64,000 nt of DNA. Origin: Macrostomum lignano. Its lineage: Eukaryota. The notes beneath the pieces were generated by a model. The model was not told where the DNA came from and did not search any database. It was given only the letters and a program-made list of their open reading frames with translations. This document shows, one piece after another, positions 26,747 to 37,799 of this stretch. Positions within the stretch are counted from its first letter, which is position 1. Each line of letters begins with the position of its first letter. The stretch is taken from assembly GCA_002269645.1 (NCBI GenBank), contig NIVC01003437.1, positions 1 through 64,000 on the forward strand, in the 5' to 3' direction. The position numbers and the translations under genes are program-made.

Positions 26747-27924
26747 TGAGTCTCTCTATCTTATTGTTAACGAAGAAACGCACAAAAATTTCTCAAAAGT
26801 AGTTATCTTGCTAACTGTGCACTGTCTCGACGCTTAAATACAAGTTAGAAAAGAACAGTGAGTAAGAGCTGGCTGCACACTAAAACTGCTCGGGTACAAT
26901 AGCCGCGCGTACAGTTCGTCTCGCAGCACACAAAAGCATCGGTCAGGGCCTGGGGCTGTAAACCCCTAAAAAGAGCCATGCCATTGTGCTACCTAGCTGA
27001 CCCGCCTAAGAGATGCCGCGGTCTGCAAACTCTGGGGTTAATGAGTGCGCGTACAATCGAGTGAAGAATACTGGAAGGAGATCTACCATTGCATATAATT
27101 TCTCCTTAATACTAAGCATAAACAAATTGACATTATAAAACTCGGGTTTTATTCACAAAAAACATTTCTTCATGCCAGGAACCGAAAGTCTATATAACTA
27201 AGTGAATATGTCATGAAGTACTGAAATATCAAATTCATGATTTTTAAATGTATGTCTCATTAGCCTAAACCCAAAGACGATGTCCTGTTATGCAATAGGT
27301 TTCGATGATACTAACAACCTTCGGGGCGGCCAATAAGCATGAAACAATAATTATTTATGCTATTATGCTACTTTTTTTAAAGAACCAGTTCCTTCTTCAG
27401 TTTTATAGATGACCTTTTTTAATTAAACTTGTCACGGACAAAGATGTTTGTTATGTATGAATCTCTTTTATTTCTAAAAGTAACAAAAGGAGAAAATAAA
27501 ATAAAGCCTTCACAAAGATAGCAGACATTCCCCGTAAATAGAAAGCATCTCCCAGACAGCAAGCAACCCCCAAATGGCAAGTAGCTAGTGCAAAATTTCC
27601 TCAACTAGTGCAATAATATTTTACTCATAAAGTGCAATAATCCTTTTCTCAGCCAGTGCAATAATTCATGCAATTTCTTATCTACGAAACATGTAGCTGC
27701 CGTCACGGGAAAATTTGTGATTGAATCGTGTAAGTTTGAGAAAAATCGGTTGAGCCGTTTTTTTCTGAAATCGATCGCACACATAGATAGATACCTACAT
27801 AGACAGATGTATGGAAGTGATGTATACAACTGGGAAAATAAGAGATAGGAATGCATACCAACAAGAAGACTGCCAGTAGTTACAAAACACTTTTACACCA
27901 CACCAACAGCTACTGCTTGTCTAT

Positions 27925-28250
27925 GTGTCAAACGATCTGCCCGCTGATGGAGTGCGGAAGCTGGAGCCTCATCAACTGCCTAACTGCAGCATCGCTGGCT
28001 GCGTGCTGAGCTGCCACACGACAGAGAGCTGTGCAGCTGCCAGCATGGTCGCTGAGCATCGCTGGTGTCTGCTGGCGACTGCTGAGGCCTTCCTCACTGC
28101 ATGGCTGTACGGACACGGCCAGTGTGACTCGTTTGTGAACAGGCGGAGGCTGGCAAAGTTCCAGCAGGGTGAGAAGTCATGCTCCGTCATTCCTGCATTT
28201 CTGCATAAGTCAGTGTTTGAGCACAGCTGAGCCCATGCAGTGCGTGACTG
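27925..28250 (+). pseudogene. PAN-LamG copy 3: isolated exon 1 fragment without signal peptide, plus the start of intron 1
   Basis: Near-identical PAN peptide and donor CAGG|GTGAG; the intron start resembles copy 1. Homology stops after one minisatellite unit, and there is no exon 2 or 3. Confidence 0.85.
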
Positions 28251-28824
28251 CCCGAGGGCCTAAGGATACGTCAGGGAACGTAAAGACAAATAAGACAAAA
28301 ATGCGCGCCGAAATTTCCGTGTAGGATGAAGTGAAAGACTGGGGGATGCTGGTTCGCGGGGAAGAATCAGGTGCCTCATCAAACACAACATTGCTTCCTG
28401 AAATTCTACTCCTTGACAACCAAAAGCCGTGAAACATTGCAGCAGTTGGATGTTTTCATATCCGCCAGCTATACCAACTACCCTATCAGAAAAAAAACCA
28501 ATTCAGGTCAGCTGTCAGCTGTTATTAAACTCTGAAGCAAGGCAGGAAGTCTCGCGTGTTTGATAAATGCAAACAGCGGAATATTCCAATGTTTGCATGC
28601 AGTCAGAACATATTCGATAGAGCAGTTTCTTGCCACTGAAGTTTATAAAAGCTACCGTCATCTTTTCTGCATGCTAGTTGTAAGTTTTTGTCGATATTAA
28701 ACAAATTTTACACTTTCTGAACAAAATGAAATCCTATTAACTGTTATAGTATTAAGAAGCATGAGTACATTACTAGCTGCCAAGGTATTGAAGTTTGAAT
28801 TACTGATCGGACACTCGCTAAAAA

Positions 28825-28880
<56 letters not shown>
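28825..28880. repeat. (GATA)n microsatellite
   Basis: Directly visible. Confidence 0.98.
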
Positions 28881-28881
<1 letters not shown>

Positions 28882-29379
28882 GGATCAGCAGAGAAGCAAC
28901 AAGTCATTCAGGAAACGACATTAGTAGAATGAGAAGCGACTTTGTTTCCAGCATCCGTCTTTACCTCATCTTGGCAATGAGTACGGTTTCCTGAGTATCT
29001 CCTTGGTATGGTTTCCTGAGTTAAGTCGTTGTACGTACAATGCCTGTGGCCGGAAATTTCGTCCGCATGCCAACTTTCTGGAAAGCAACTCCAAAATCGG
29101 TTTTAGAAAGCTAAGCCGAAGGCTTTTCCTAGAAAGAATGCAGCTGTAGTCTGAAAGAAGGAATAGTGTGTAAGGAAACGATTTTTTTCACAAAAATTGA
29201 TGCAAAAATTTATTTATAGCCCACTAGCAAAACGTCTTTCTGACGGCTACCCAGTAGCTGCTACTCGAAGCTGCTTACTAAAAAAGATTTTTTGCTTTCG
29301 CAGAGCAGGACCTGACATTCCAAAGTCGCCTGAAAACCCAACCAAAGCGGACGAATTTATTCGTCTGTTTTCTAATAAA

Positions 29380-30950
29380 ATGAACCAAAAGACGTGCTCT
29401 CTCCGCCATCTTCTGCCGCTGCTCTGCTGCCTCATCGCCGTCTCCTTGGCTTCCCGACTCGCCGACTACGACAAACTGCACGCCTGTCCGTCTGACAACC
29501 TACCCGCTGATGGAGTGCGGAAGCTGGAGCCTCATCAACTGCCTGAACGCAGCATCGCTGGCTGCGTGCTGAGCTGCCACACAACAGAGAGCTGTGCAGC
29601 TGCCAGCATGGTCGCTGAGCATCGCTGGTGTCTGCTGGCGACTGCCGAGGCTTTCCTCACTGCATGGCTGCACGGACACGGCCAGTGCGACTCGTTTGTG
29701 AACAGGCGGAGGCTGGCAAAGTTCCAGCAGGGTGAGAAGTCATGAGTGAATGCAGCTGTGCCCATGCAGTGAGTGACTGCAGCTGTGCCCATGCAGTGTG
29801 TGACTGCAGCTGTGCCCATGCAGTGTGTGACTGCAGCTGTGCTCATGCAGTGAGTGACTGCAGCTGTGCCCATGCAGTGTGTGACTGCAGCTGTGCCCAT
29901 GCAGTGTGTGACTGCAGCTGTGCCCATGCAGTGTGTGACTGCAGCTGTGCCCATGCAGTGAGTGACTGCAGCTGTGCCCATGCAGTGTGTGACTGCAGCT
30001 GTGCTCACATCGTTATCGAATTGCAGCTCACACGACCGACCTGCCCAGCAGCATCGCGGTGAGCTCGCTGCGGATTCTGTATCACTTCCGTGTGGGCTCG
30101 TTCAACCTGGCGCCTGTGCACCGGAATCCGCACACTCCGGTGCTCGTGTCGGCTGTGCTCAAACGGTCTGCGGGCGCGTTCGTGACGGGAGAGTCTGGCT
30201 CCTTCATCGGTGTGAGCACGGCCGACGGAATCGAGGACCTGTTTGTGCCCGAGCCCAACGTGACCGTGTTCATGCGAGCTAAGTACGAATTCAACTCGAG
30301 GTGAGTACTTTAGAAAGTACATCTGTAACATAAAAGTGTAGTTGCATTGGTTGCAAATAAGAATTTTAAAGTGTTTGCCACCAACCGCACATTTGCTTTC
30401 CGAACCCACCGCTTGCAGTGCTGCACGCTCGGTGGTTTTCAGCCTGCACAATTGCAGTTTTGGAGGTTTCGCAAGCCTGGTGTTGTTTGATCCTGAAAAA
30501 GACAAGCTCATCTTTCGCTTCGACGATCCGTATGAGCAGAAGAAGCGACGGTTCATTGATAGTTCCGGAAAATTTCCACACAGCTCTGGCAGTGCCTACA
30601 ACTCCATGGGCTACACCTTCGATGGCTCGGAGTGTTCGACCTACTTCGAAGGCGGATTGGAGCGACTTGAAACAATTAGGAACGGATCGGTGCTAAGCAA
30701 TTCATCCAAGTCAAACAAGGCGGAGTGCCTGAGCATCGGAGGAAAAATTCCACGGTTTCAGAACTCGATTCAAGGCTGGATTGAATGCTTTGCCATTGCG
30801 GAGGGTCTGTTCGATCTGCAGCAGCTCGATGGACTCAGCAGCTGGTGCAAGAATCTGATTCCAAAGTCAGGTGTGTTAGGCACCTTAGTCTGCAATTCTT
30901 TAAGCACACGAGTCCAACATCGAAACTATTTATCGTTATTGCATGCCTAA
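29380..30950 (+). CDS. Secreted PAN/Apple + LamG/ConA-like protein, copy 4 (3 exons, 385 aa)
   Basis: Exons 29380-29731, 30027-30300 and 30419-30950; phases 1 and 2 give an open frame. Signal peptide MNQKTCSLRHLLPLLCCLIAVSLA; LamG-like MGYTFDG..YFEGG, LSIGG and QGWIECFAI. Confidence 0.82.
29744..30005. repeat. 27-bp minisatellite (~10 units) in intron 1 of copy 4
   Basis: Unit GACTGCAGCTGTGCCCATGCAGTG(T/A)GT, directly visible. Confidence 0.97.
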
Positions 30951-30994
30951 ATGATCACATGCGATAATCCATTCTATCACGAGCACTTTCCTTT

Positions 30995-31304
30995 GGGGTT
31001 GTAGCCTATAGTGGTTAGAGCGTCGGACTCACGACTAAAAGGTCGGGGGTTCGATTCTCGACCAACTCGAAACAATTTGTGTCCTTGAGCAAGACACTTA
31101 ACTCTGCATTGGTTCAGTCCTCCCAGCCGTAAAATAGGTGCCAGCATTAGCTGGGGTAATTGAGGGTGTGTGGCGACCCGACACCCCAGTCCTTAGACTA
31201 AACAGCCGTACGCAGCCTTCAGATGCGCCGCGCAATAGCTGCGGCTGATCGAGCTGTCGATTGCACATCTGCCCACTGGGGCAGGTGTAATCAGTTATTA
31301 TTAC
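30995..31304 (+). mobile_element. tRNA-derived CORE-type SINE
   Basis: A box TAGCCTATAGTGG and B box GGTTCGATTC; CORE-like TGTGTCCTTGAGCAAGACACTTAAC; 3' hairpin ACATCTGCCC-ACTG-GGGCAGGTGT; short (TTA)n tail. Confidence 0.85.
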
Positions 31305-31305
31305 T

Positions 31306-33336
31306 TGATGAGGACGCATCTTTTTTCAATCTTAAAACCGCACATTTCGTTTCGATGCAGTAGGTTACTGTACAGTAGGATACTGTCAGTAGGCTAGCTT
31401 AGGAATCTCTCTCCATTCTCTCATCCAGGCTAAGTTCTACACTAATTTATGCTATCACTATTAATTATGATAAATACTCAATGTACTTCTCTTAGGATTC
31501 TAATTTTGGATTGTTTACGCATCTTTGAAGGTCAGACTGTCTGGGTTTGAGACGGATTGACCTCTAGCAGTCTAGACGGGCGACACAAGTCTGGGAGGAA
31601 TGGTTTCAACCCCATTCTGACCCCAGATTTGCGGCTTTTTCACTGATTTCAGTGATTTATGGCGGTCTAGCTGTCACTTTTGGCTCCAGCCTTTCTGGGT
31701 CAAAGAGGTCTTTCTAGCTTTCTCCCCACTCGCTCTGTTACTTTCTCCTTTAATTTATGGGTGTTTTGCTGTCACTTTTGGCGCCAGGATGTCTAGACAA
31801 GTGGCTTTTATTATGTTTTGCGCATGATTTATGACCGCACCTGTCATCTTTCCTGTGGTCTGAAGGCCACCTGGTGGGGTGGGTTTTGGGGTCTTGAGCT
31901 CAGCTAATCAGAGTCGACCTGACTGCCCCCGGCTCGACCAATCAGAAGATTCGGCGCCTATTTTAACAAAAGCTCTCAGCCAATCGGAAAATTCGGCGTG
32001 CGTTATAACAAATCGGCCTCGTGAGAGCTATAAAAGGCGGCAACTCGACCCGCGCTCTAGTAAACCCGGTCGTTTTCCTTGCCTTGGCCTTGGCCAGACC
32101 TGCCGACCTGATCCCAGTCGGCTTCTGCAGCGTCTTCGACGTCTGGTCCTTTTTCCCCCGGCAACTTCGGCTACTACAGCCAAGACCCCCCTGAAAGGCA
32201 TCGTCAGTACTTCCGGCCGTGAGCTAAGAGCTGCATCAACCACCGGCGAGAGAAGAGCAACGGCGTCACGCGTCAGTTAAGATCGGCAGCAGCATCCCGT
32301 CTGAGCGCTTCGGTCTCTGTGGATTCCTTGGCTACCGGCAGATAGGTCCTCTGATTGGTTTGGTGAGAGGCTCTCTTGACCTGCTTAACTGGGTGCGCCC
32401 TTTGTCTGACACCTCCCTAGGTAGTCCGATAGGATTTGCACTTTTGCTTACTTGCTTTTGTGTGCCAATCTCGAGGCAGAAGTGTGAGTTAATATTAAAA
32501 GTAGCCATTCGCTTTAACTCAATTTAAAGTGTCAAGGATGCAAGGATCAAGCATTTTCTTTCTTTCTTCGCAATGCCAGCTGAGATGAGCGACTAGATCT
32601 AAAGGCAGAGGTCACAGTGGACCGGAAGCGGCACAGTTCCCAGTCAATCAGTTGATCTCAGAAATCATGATAAGCATGCGAATTAAGCGCCAGACTGGCA
32701 CTTTCGTGCAGTCTCAGGCAGTTAAGCGGCTAAAGTAAGTTAAATATTAGTCTAACGGTCTCCAAAAGTAACAATGCATTTACATCAGCGCTATCTGTCG
32801 ACGTGTTAACACATTTAGTGCCAAAAGCGTGCAGTTACGTGTACTTGTACATGTACTTCTGGGAATTTGGTAATTAAATAGTACTTTTAGTAGTGTATGA
32901 AGGCTCGCCAGCGCAAGAACCCCCTGCAAAAGTCCTCTCTGTCCCTGCATGGCCAATGCGATCTTAGTCCCAGCAGTGTCCCTTCTATTCGGCTATCACT
33001 TTTCGAGATTTAGACAGCTAAAAGACACTAGATGGCAGGTAAGTGCAGTGCCCCTCTAGTCGGAAGTCCGATTTCGATAGCTCCCGTTTGGTGAGCCGGG
33101 GCGCACGGACTGGTGGCAGCGGGTTAGTTGATCTGCGGATTAGCTAATCTCTACCTTTCAAATTCTCCCTGCTTGTCTCTCGCTGTCTTCTCTTAGCTAT
33201 AGGACCTTGCTGCTCGCCCACAATCTAGCTACCATGGGGCTGACCATCTGACAGGAGTAAGAGGCCAGAGTTCTAAGTGATTCATTTCTGAGTTCTGAGG
33301 CCCGAAGCTGTAGGCTTAAAAAGGCCGAACCCATCA
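31306..33336 (+). mobile_element. 2031-bp solo LTR, family A
   Basis: Termini TGATG...CATCA with 4-bp TSD TACT (31302-31305 and 33337-33340). The paralogous site at ~51310 is empty. Internal CCAAT/TATA promoter; no ORF. Confidence 0.85.
31900..32040 (+). promoter_or_regulatory. LTR U3-type Pol II promoter: three CCAAT-like boxes and a TATA box
   Basis: CTAATCAG (~31904), CCAATCAG (~31938), CCAATCGG (~31980) and CTATAAAAGG (~32028-32037). Confidence 0.65.
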
Positions 33337-34118
33337 TACTATCAATATTACTATTCCTTTACATGAGATAATGGTTAATCAACAAAATGTCAGATGCTTT
33401 TTAAACACTTGCTGGCTCTCAAATGTAGTGCTCATTACATTTCTGAAGTAAATAATAGCTGTCATATCTTACCTGAATATTTTCTGAAAAGAACTTTTTG
33501 AAAAACACATTTTTTGTTTTTTTACACAAACTGAAAGCAATTAAAACCAATGGTGCTTTAATAATTTAGCCAATGAGAAAATTGAGTGTGTTGCTCGTAT
33601 TTGCTTGTTTACCTGACATCATGCACGTGTACTAATCCAAATAGAATATCGAAAACAGCGGTCTCTTCAAAAAGTAGTTAATTGCATCTTTCAACATTCA
33701 ATCGGAACACATCATGCAGCAACCAATGCGCTGAAAAAAGCATCTTGTAGATGAGTATGTTGGCTTTTGCTGTAATTAAGCGATGCCTTCGACAAAAACA
33801 GTACTGTTCTGTTTAAACAACAAATTTGCCAGTGGGTTTTTCTGCATTTTTTAAGAAAAAGCAGTTCAGCACATTCGACGCGCAATTAACAAGCAGCAAA
33901 GAACTTTGACCCGGAGATTTAGACACAGCTTATTTCAGGGAGTCAGATAGTTGGAAAAGTGTTCGGACAGTCGAACGCGACTTTGTTTCCAGCATCCGCT
34001 GTTTTAAGAGATCTCCTCGCGGCAATTTAGCGACGCCCCAATCCAACAATGGATTGACAGGAGCTCAAATTTTTGCCACTTCTTAGACGTGGTCTGCAGG
34101 GGTCTATGAGAAGTTCCG

Positions 34119-34251
34119 CAGGGGGGTTTTTCCAGTCGGAATTTCAAGTCAAATCAAATCGGATTTGAAATCTAGTCTAGGCTAGTTCTAATCTAGTCCA
34201 GCATTGTCTATAGACTGGATTCGACTTGAAATTCCGACTGTAAAAACCCTG
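34119..34251. mobile_element. Small MITE with ~30-bp imperfect TIRs
   Basis: CAGGG..TTTTTCCAGTCGGAATTTCAAGTC pairs with GACTTGAAATTCCGACTGTAAAAACCCTG. No clear TSD. Confidence 0.7.
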
Positions 34252-35104
34252 TCTGACGTAGAGAGAAATGGTTTTCGATGATATTTCACCTTCACTTATT
34301 GCCGGCCCAAGTTAAATTTTCAGAATATAATAATAATATTAATAATAATAGTAGCAATAGTAGTAGTAATGAAAATAAAAATATTAATGATGCGCTGTGG
34401 GCATCCTGGAACAACGCTTTCAGAGACATTCGTCCGAGGCAATTCTTTCCATTCCGCTGGCTCCTGAGCACATACAAGCGCACCAGTGCTGTACGCAGGC
34501 ACAGCACTCTAATCGTCAGTCATGTACACTCTACCGCTGAGCTGCTCTGCCTTCGGTCCAACGCACTGGTATTCGACACCGGCACGCGGATATCCGCTGT
34601 GTTAATTAGCCTTTTCCATTAAAATTCTAAGTTGACAGTCCCTTCTGCATTGACGATATTTTGTAGGCTTAAAAGAGCCATTGTCTACCGTGAAAAACAC
34701 CGTGGAAAAGCTGACATCTGGGAGTGGAAATAAAAAAATTAGGCCGTATGAATAAACTGAGCAAATGCTCAAACTCAGATTCATGAGAAAGTTCTCGGCT
34801 GCAGAGCAATTGCTCCAGTCAGTAAGAATAAAAACATGGTCATAGACAAAAGAGCGGAGCATTTGCTCAAAAAACGTTGAGGCAGCTTTAAAGTCATGCC
34901 ATTTGAGAGCATCATGTGCACATGCTTACACGCCTTCGGTTCTTGTAAGGATACGAGAGCATGGCTTCAGTGAGATAATACAGCCGATGACTCTAAGGCA
35001 TCCCTACCCAAGGAGCGGTAGGAAGGTAGAAAGAGTCGGTCTGGCGCACGTCGCTGATTGGCATGTCGGAGACGGGTCAGGGGGTTAGGAAGTCCTTTTG
35101 GTGA

Positions 35105-36512
35105 GTGTCCATGACTTGGGGATGAGTACCCAAGACACTCAGAAGTAGATCTCCATGATTTTGGGGATGAGTACCCAATGACACTCAGAAATGGGTGTCC
35201 ATGACTTGGGGATGAGTACCCAATGACACTCAGAAATGGGTGTCCATGACTTGAGGATGAGTACCCAATGACACTAATAAATTGGTGTCCATGACTTGGG
35301 GATGAGTACCCAATGACACTCATAAATTGGTGTCCATGACTTGGGGATGAGTACCCAATGACACTCAGAAATGGGTGTCCATGACTTGGGGATGAGTACC
35401 CAATGACACTCATAAATTGGTGTCCATGACTTGGGGATGAGTACCCAATGACACTCAGAAATGGGTGTCCATGACTTGGGGATGAGTACCCAATGACACT
35501 CAGAAATGGGTGTCCATGACTTGAGGATGAGTACCCAATGACACTAATAAATTGGTGTCCATGACTTGGGGATGAGTACCCAATGACACTCAGAAATGGG
35601 TGTCCATGACTTGAGGATGAGTACCCAATGACACTAATAAATTGGTGTCCATGACTTGGGGATGAGTACCCAATGACACTCAGAAATGGGTGTCCATGAC
35701 TTGAGGATGAGTACCCAATGACACTCAGAAATGGGTGTCCGTGAATTGAGGATGAGTACCCAATGACACTAATAAATTGGTGTCCATGACTTGGGGATAA
35801 GTACCCAATGACACTCAGAAATGGGTGTCCATGGCTTGGGGATGAGTACCCAATGACACTCAGAAATGGGTGTCCATGACTTGGGGATAAGTACCCAATG
35901 ACACTCAGAAATGGGTGTCCATGAATTGAGGATGAGTACCCAATGACACTCAGAAATGGGTGTCCGTGACTTGAGGATGAGTACCCAATGACACTCAGAA
36001 ATGGGTGTCCATGAATTGGGGATGAGTACCCAATGACACTCATAAATGGGTGTCCATGACTTGAGGATGAGTACCCAATGACACTCAGAAATGGGTGTCC
36101 GTGACTTGGGGATGAGTACCCAATGACACTAATAAATTGGTGTCCATGACTCTGGGATGAGTACCCAATGACACTCAGAAATGGGTGTCCATGACTTGGG
36201 GATGAGTACCCAATGACACTCATAAATTGGTGTCCATGACTTGGGGATGAGTACCCAATGACACTCATAAATTGGTGTCCAAGACTTGAGGATGAGTACC
36301 CAATGACACTCAGAAATGGGTGTCCGTGACTTGAGGATGAGTACCCAATGACACTCATAAATTGGTGTCCATGACTTGGGGATGAGTACCCAATGACACT
36401 CAGAAATGGGTGTCCATGTCTTGGGGATGAGTACCCAATGACACTAATAAATGGGTGTCCATGACTTGGGGATGAGTACCCGATGACACTGAGAAATGGG
36501 TGTTCATGACTT
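35105..36512. repeat. 45-bp minisatellite, about 31 units
   Basis: Unit GACTTGGGGATGAGTACCCAATGACACTCAGAAATGGGTGTCCAT; the minus frame reads as a 15-aa repeat. Confidence 0.98.
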
Positions 36513-36990
36513 GTGGAAGTGTGTCCATTCGACACACAAGAATGAGTGTCCAGAGCTAGTGTCCATAGTTGGAGAGGATCGCGTGTGGTGACGCGTGATT
36601 ATTGCAGATGGGGCTTCAGCCCTTTGCGATTCGATAGGTTGAGAAAACATGGCGAGTTTCTGGGGTAGGATCCGTTAATATTTTTGGAATTTTTAGTTAG
36701 AGCGGTACTGTTGAGAAATTATTCTATTGGTCGAGAGGTCCTGGTAGTAGGGGGTCGAACCAGCATTTCTCTGTTGGGCTGTTCAGTCGATACCATCGCA
36801 CATAGACCCTTAGACAGAGAAACTATTTAAAAGCAGTTCAAACCAATTTAGTTGCGTAAAATATCAAAGTAAAACACAAATAGGAATTTCTAAACTTCTA
36901 ACTAATCACTGCTTGATCCAGTCAAGTCTGAAAATCTGGAATAAATGATAATTTTTAAGCAAAAATTAACGAAAGCAAAGAAAAGAAAAG

Positions 36991-37328
36991 ACAAATTATC
37001 TAAGCTACTGGTCTATCACAAAACAAATTACCTAAGCTACTGGTCTATCACAAAACAAATTACCTAAGCTACTGGTCTATCACAAAACAAATTATCTAAG
37101 CTACTGGTCTATCACAAAACAAATTACCTAAGCTACTGGTCTATCACAAAACGAATTACCTAAGCTACTGGTCTATCACAAAACAAATTACCTAAGCTAC
37201 TGGTCTATCACAAACCGAATTACCTAAGCTACTGGTCTATCACAAAACGAATTACCTAAGCTACTGGTCTATCACAAACCGAATTACCTAAGCTACTGGT
37301 CTATCACAAACCGAATTACCTAAGCTAC
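36991..37328. repeat. 32-bp minisatellite, about 10 units
   Basis: Unit ACAAATTACCTAAGCTACTGGTCTATCACAAA. Confidence 0.97.
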
Positions 37329-37414
37329 GGGGCTAGGTAGGCTATGGAGTATCCAAAACGACAGCATGTAAACAACGGGGTATTTTACAAAACAAAACCG
37401 ATGATCTACGGTGT

Positions 37415-37648
37415 CTACATCACAAAGCATGTAAGCAACAGGACCTACATCACAAAGCATGTAAGCAACAGGACCTACATCACAAAGCATGTAAGCAACA
37501 GGACCTACATCACAAAGCATGTAAGCAACAGGACCTACATCACAAAGCATGTAAGCAACAGGACCTACATCACAAAGCATGTAAGCAACAGGACCTACAT
37601 CACAGAGCATGTTAAGCAACAGGACCTACATCAAAAAGCATGTAAGCC
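37415..37648. repeat. 30-bp minisatellite, about 8 units
   Basis: Unit TACATCACAAAGCATGTAAGCAACAGGACC. Confidence 0.97.
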
Positions 37649-37799
37649 ACTGTAAATTTACAAAACAAATCAGATAATCTACAGATATCCACTGTGCACT
37701 CACAAAACAAACTATACCGGTATAAGCAACGAGGCATTCGCCAAACGACAGTCAGTCTACGGAGAATTTATGACATCGATTAAGACAACAAAAATGACA

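Noticed and set aside
30936-30945. TTATTGCATG, resembling the end of a flatworm spliced leader
   Set aside because: It lies in-frame within exon 3 (LLHA*), is followed by CC rather than a GT donor, and has no SL RNA context.
30995-31070. tRNA-Val gene (CAC/AAC at the anticodon position), also at 51048
   Set aside because: The anticodon stem does not pair and the sequence runs into a CORE domain and tail, so it is a SINE head.
35105-36512. Hammerhead ribozyme array (GATGAG...GAAA in each 45-bp unit)
   Set aside because: The core reads GGGAUGA rather than CUGAUGA, and the stem II closing pair and NUH context are missing.
34967-36535. 522-aa ORF as a gene
   Set aside because: GTG start, no signal peptide, and an open frame is expected for a stop-free 45-bp unit. 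Kept only as a low-level finding.
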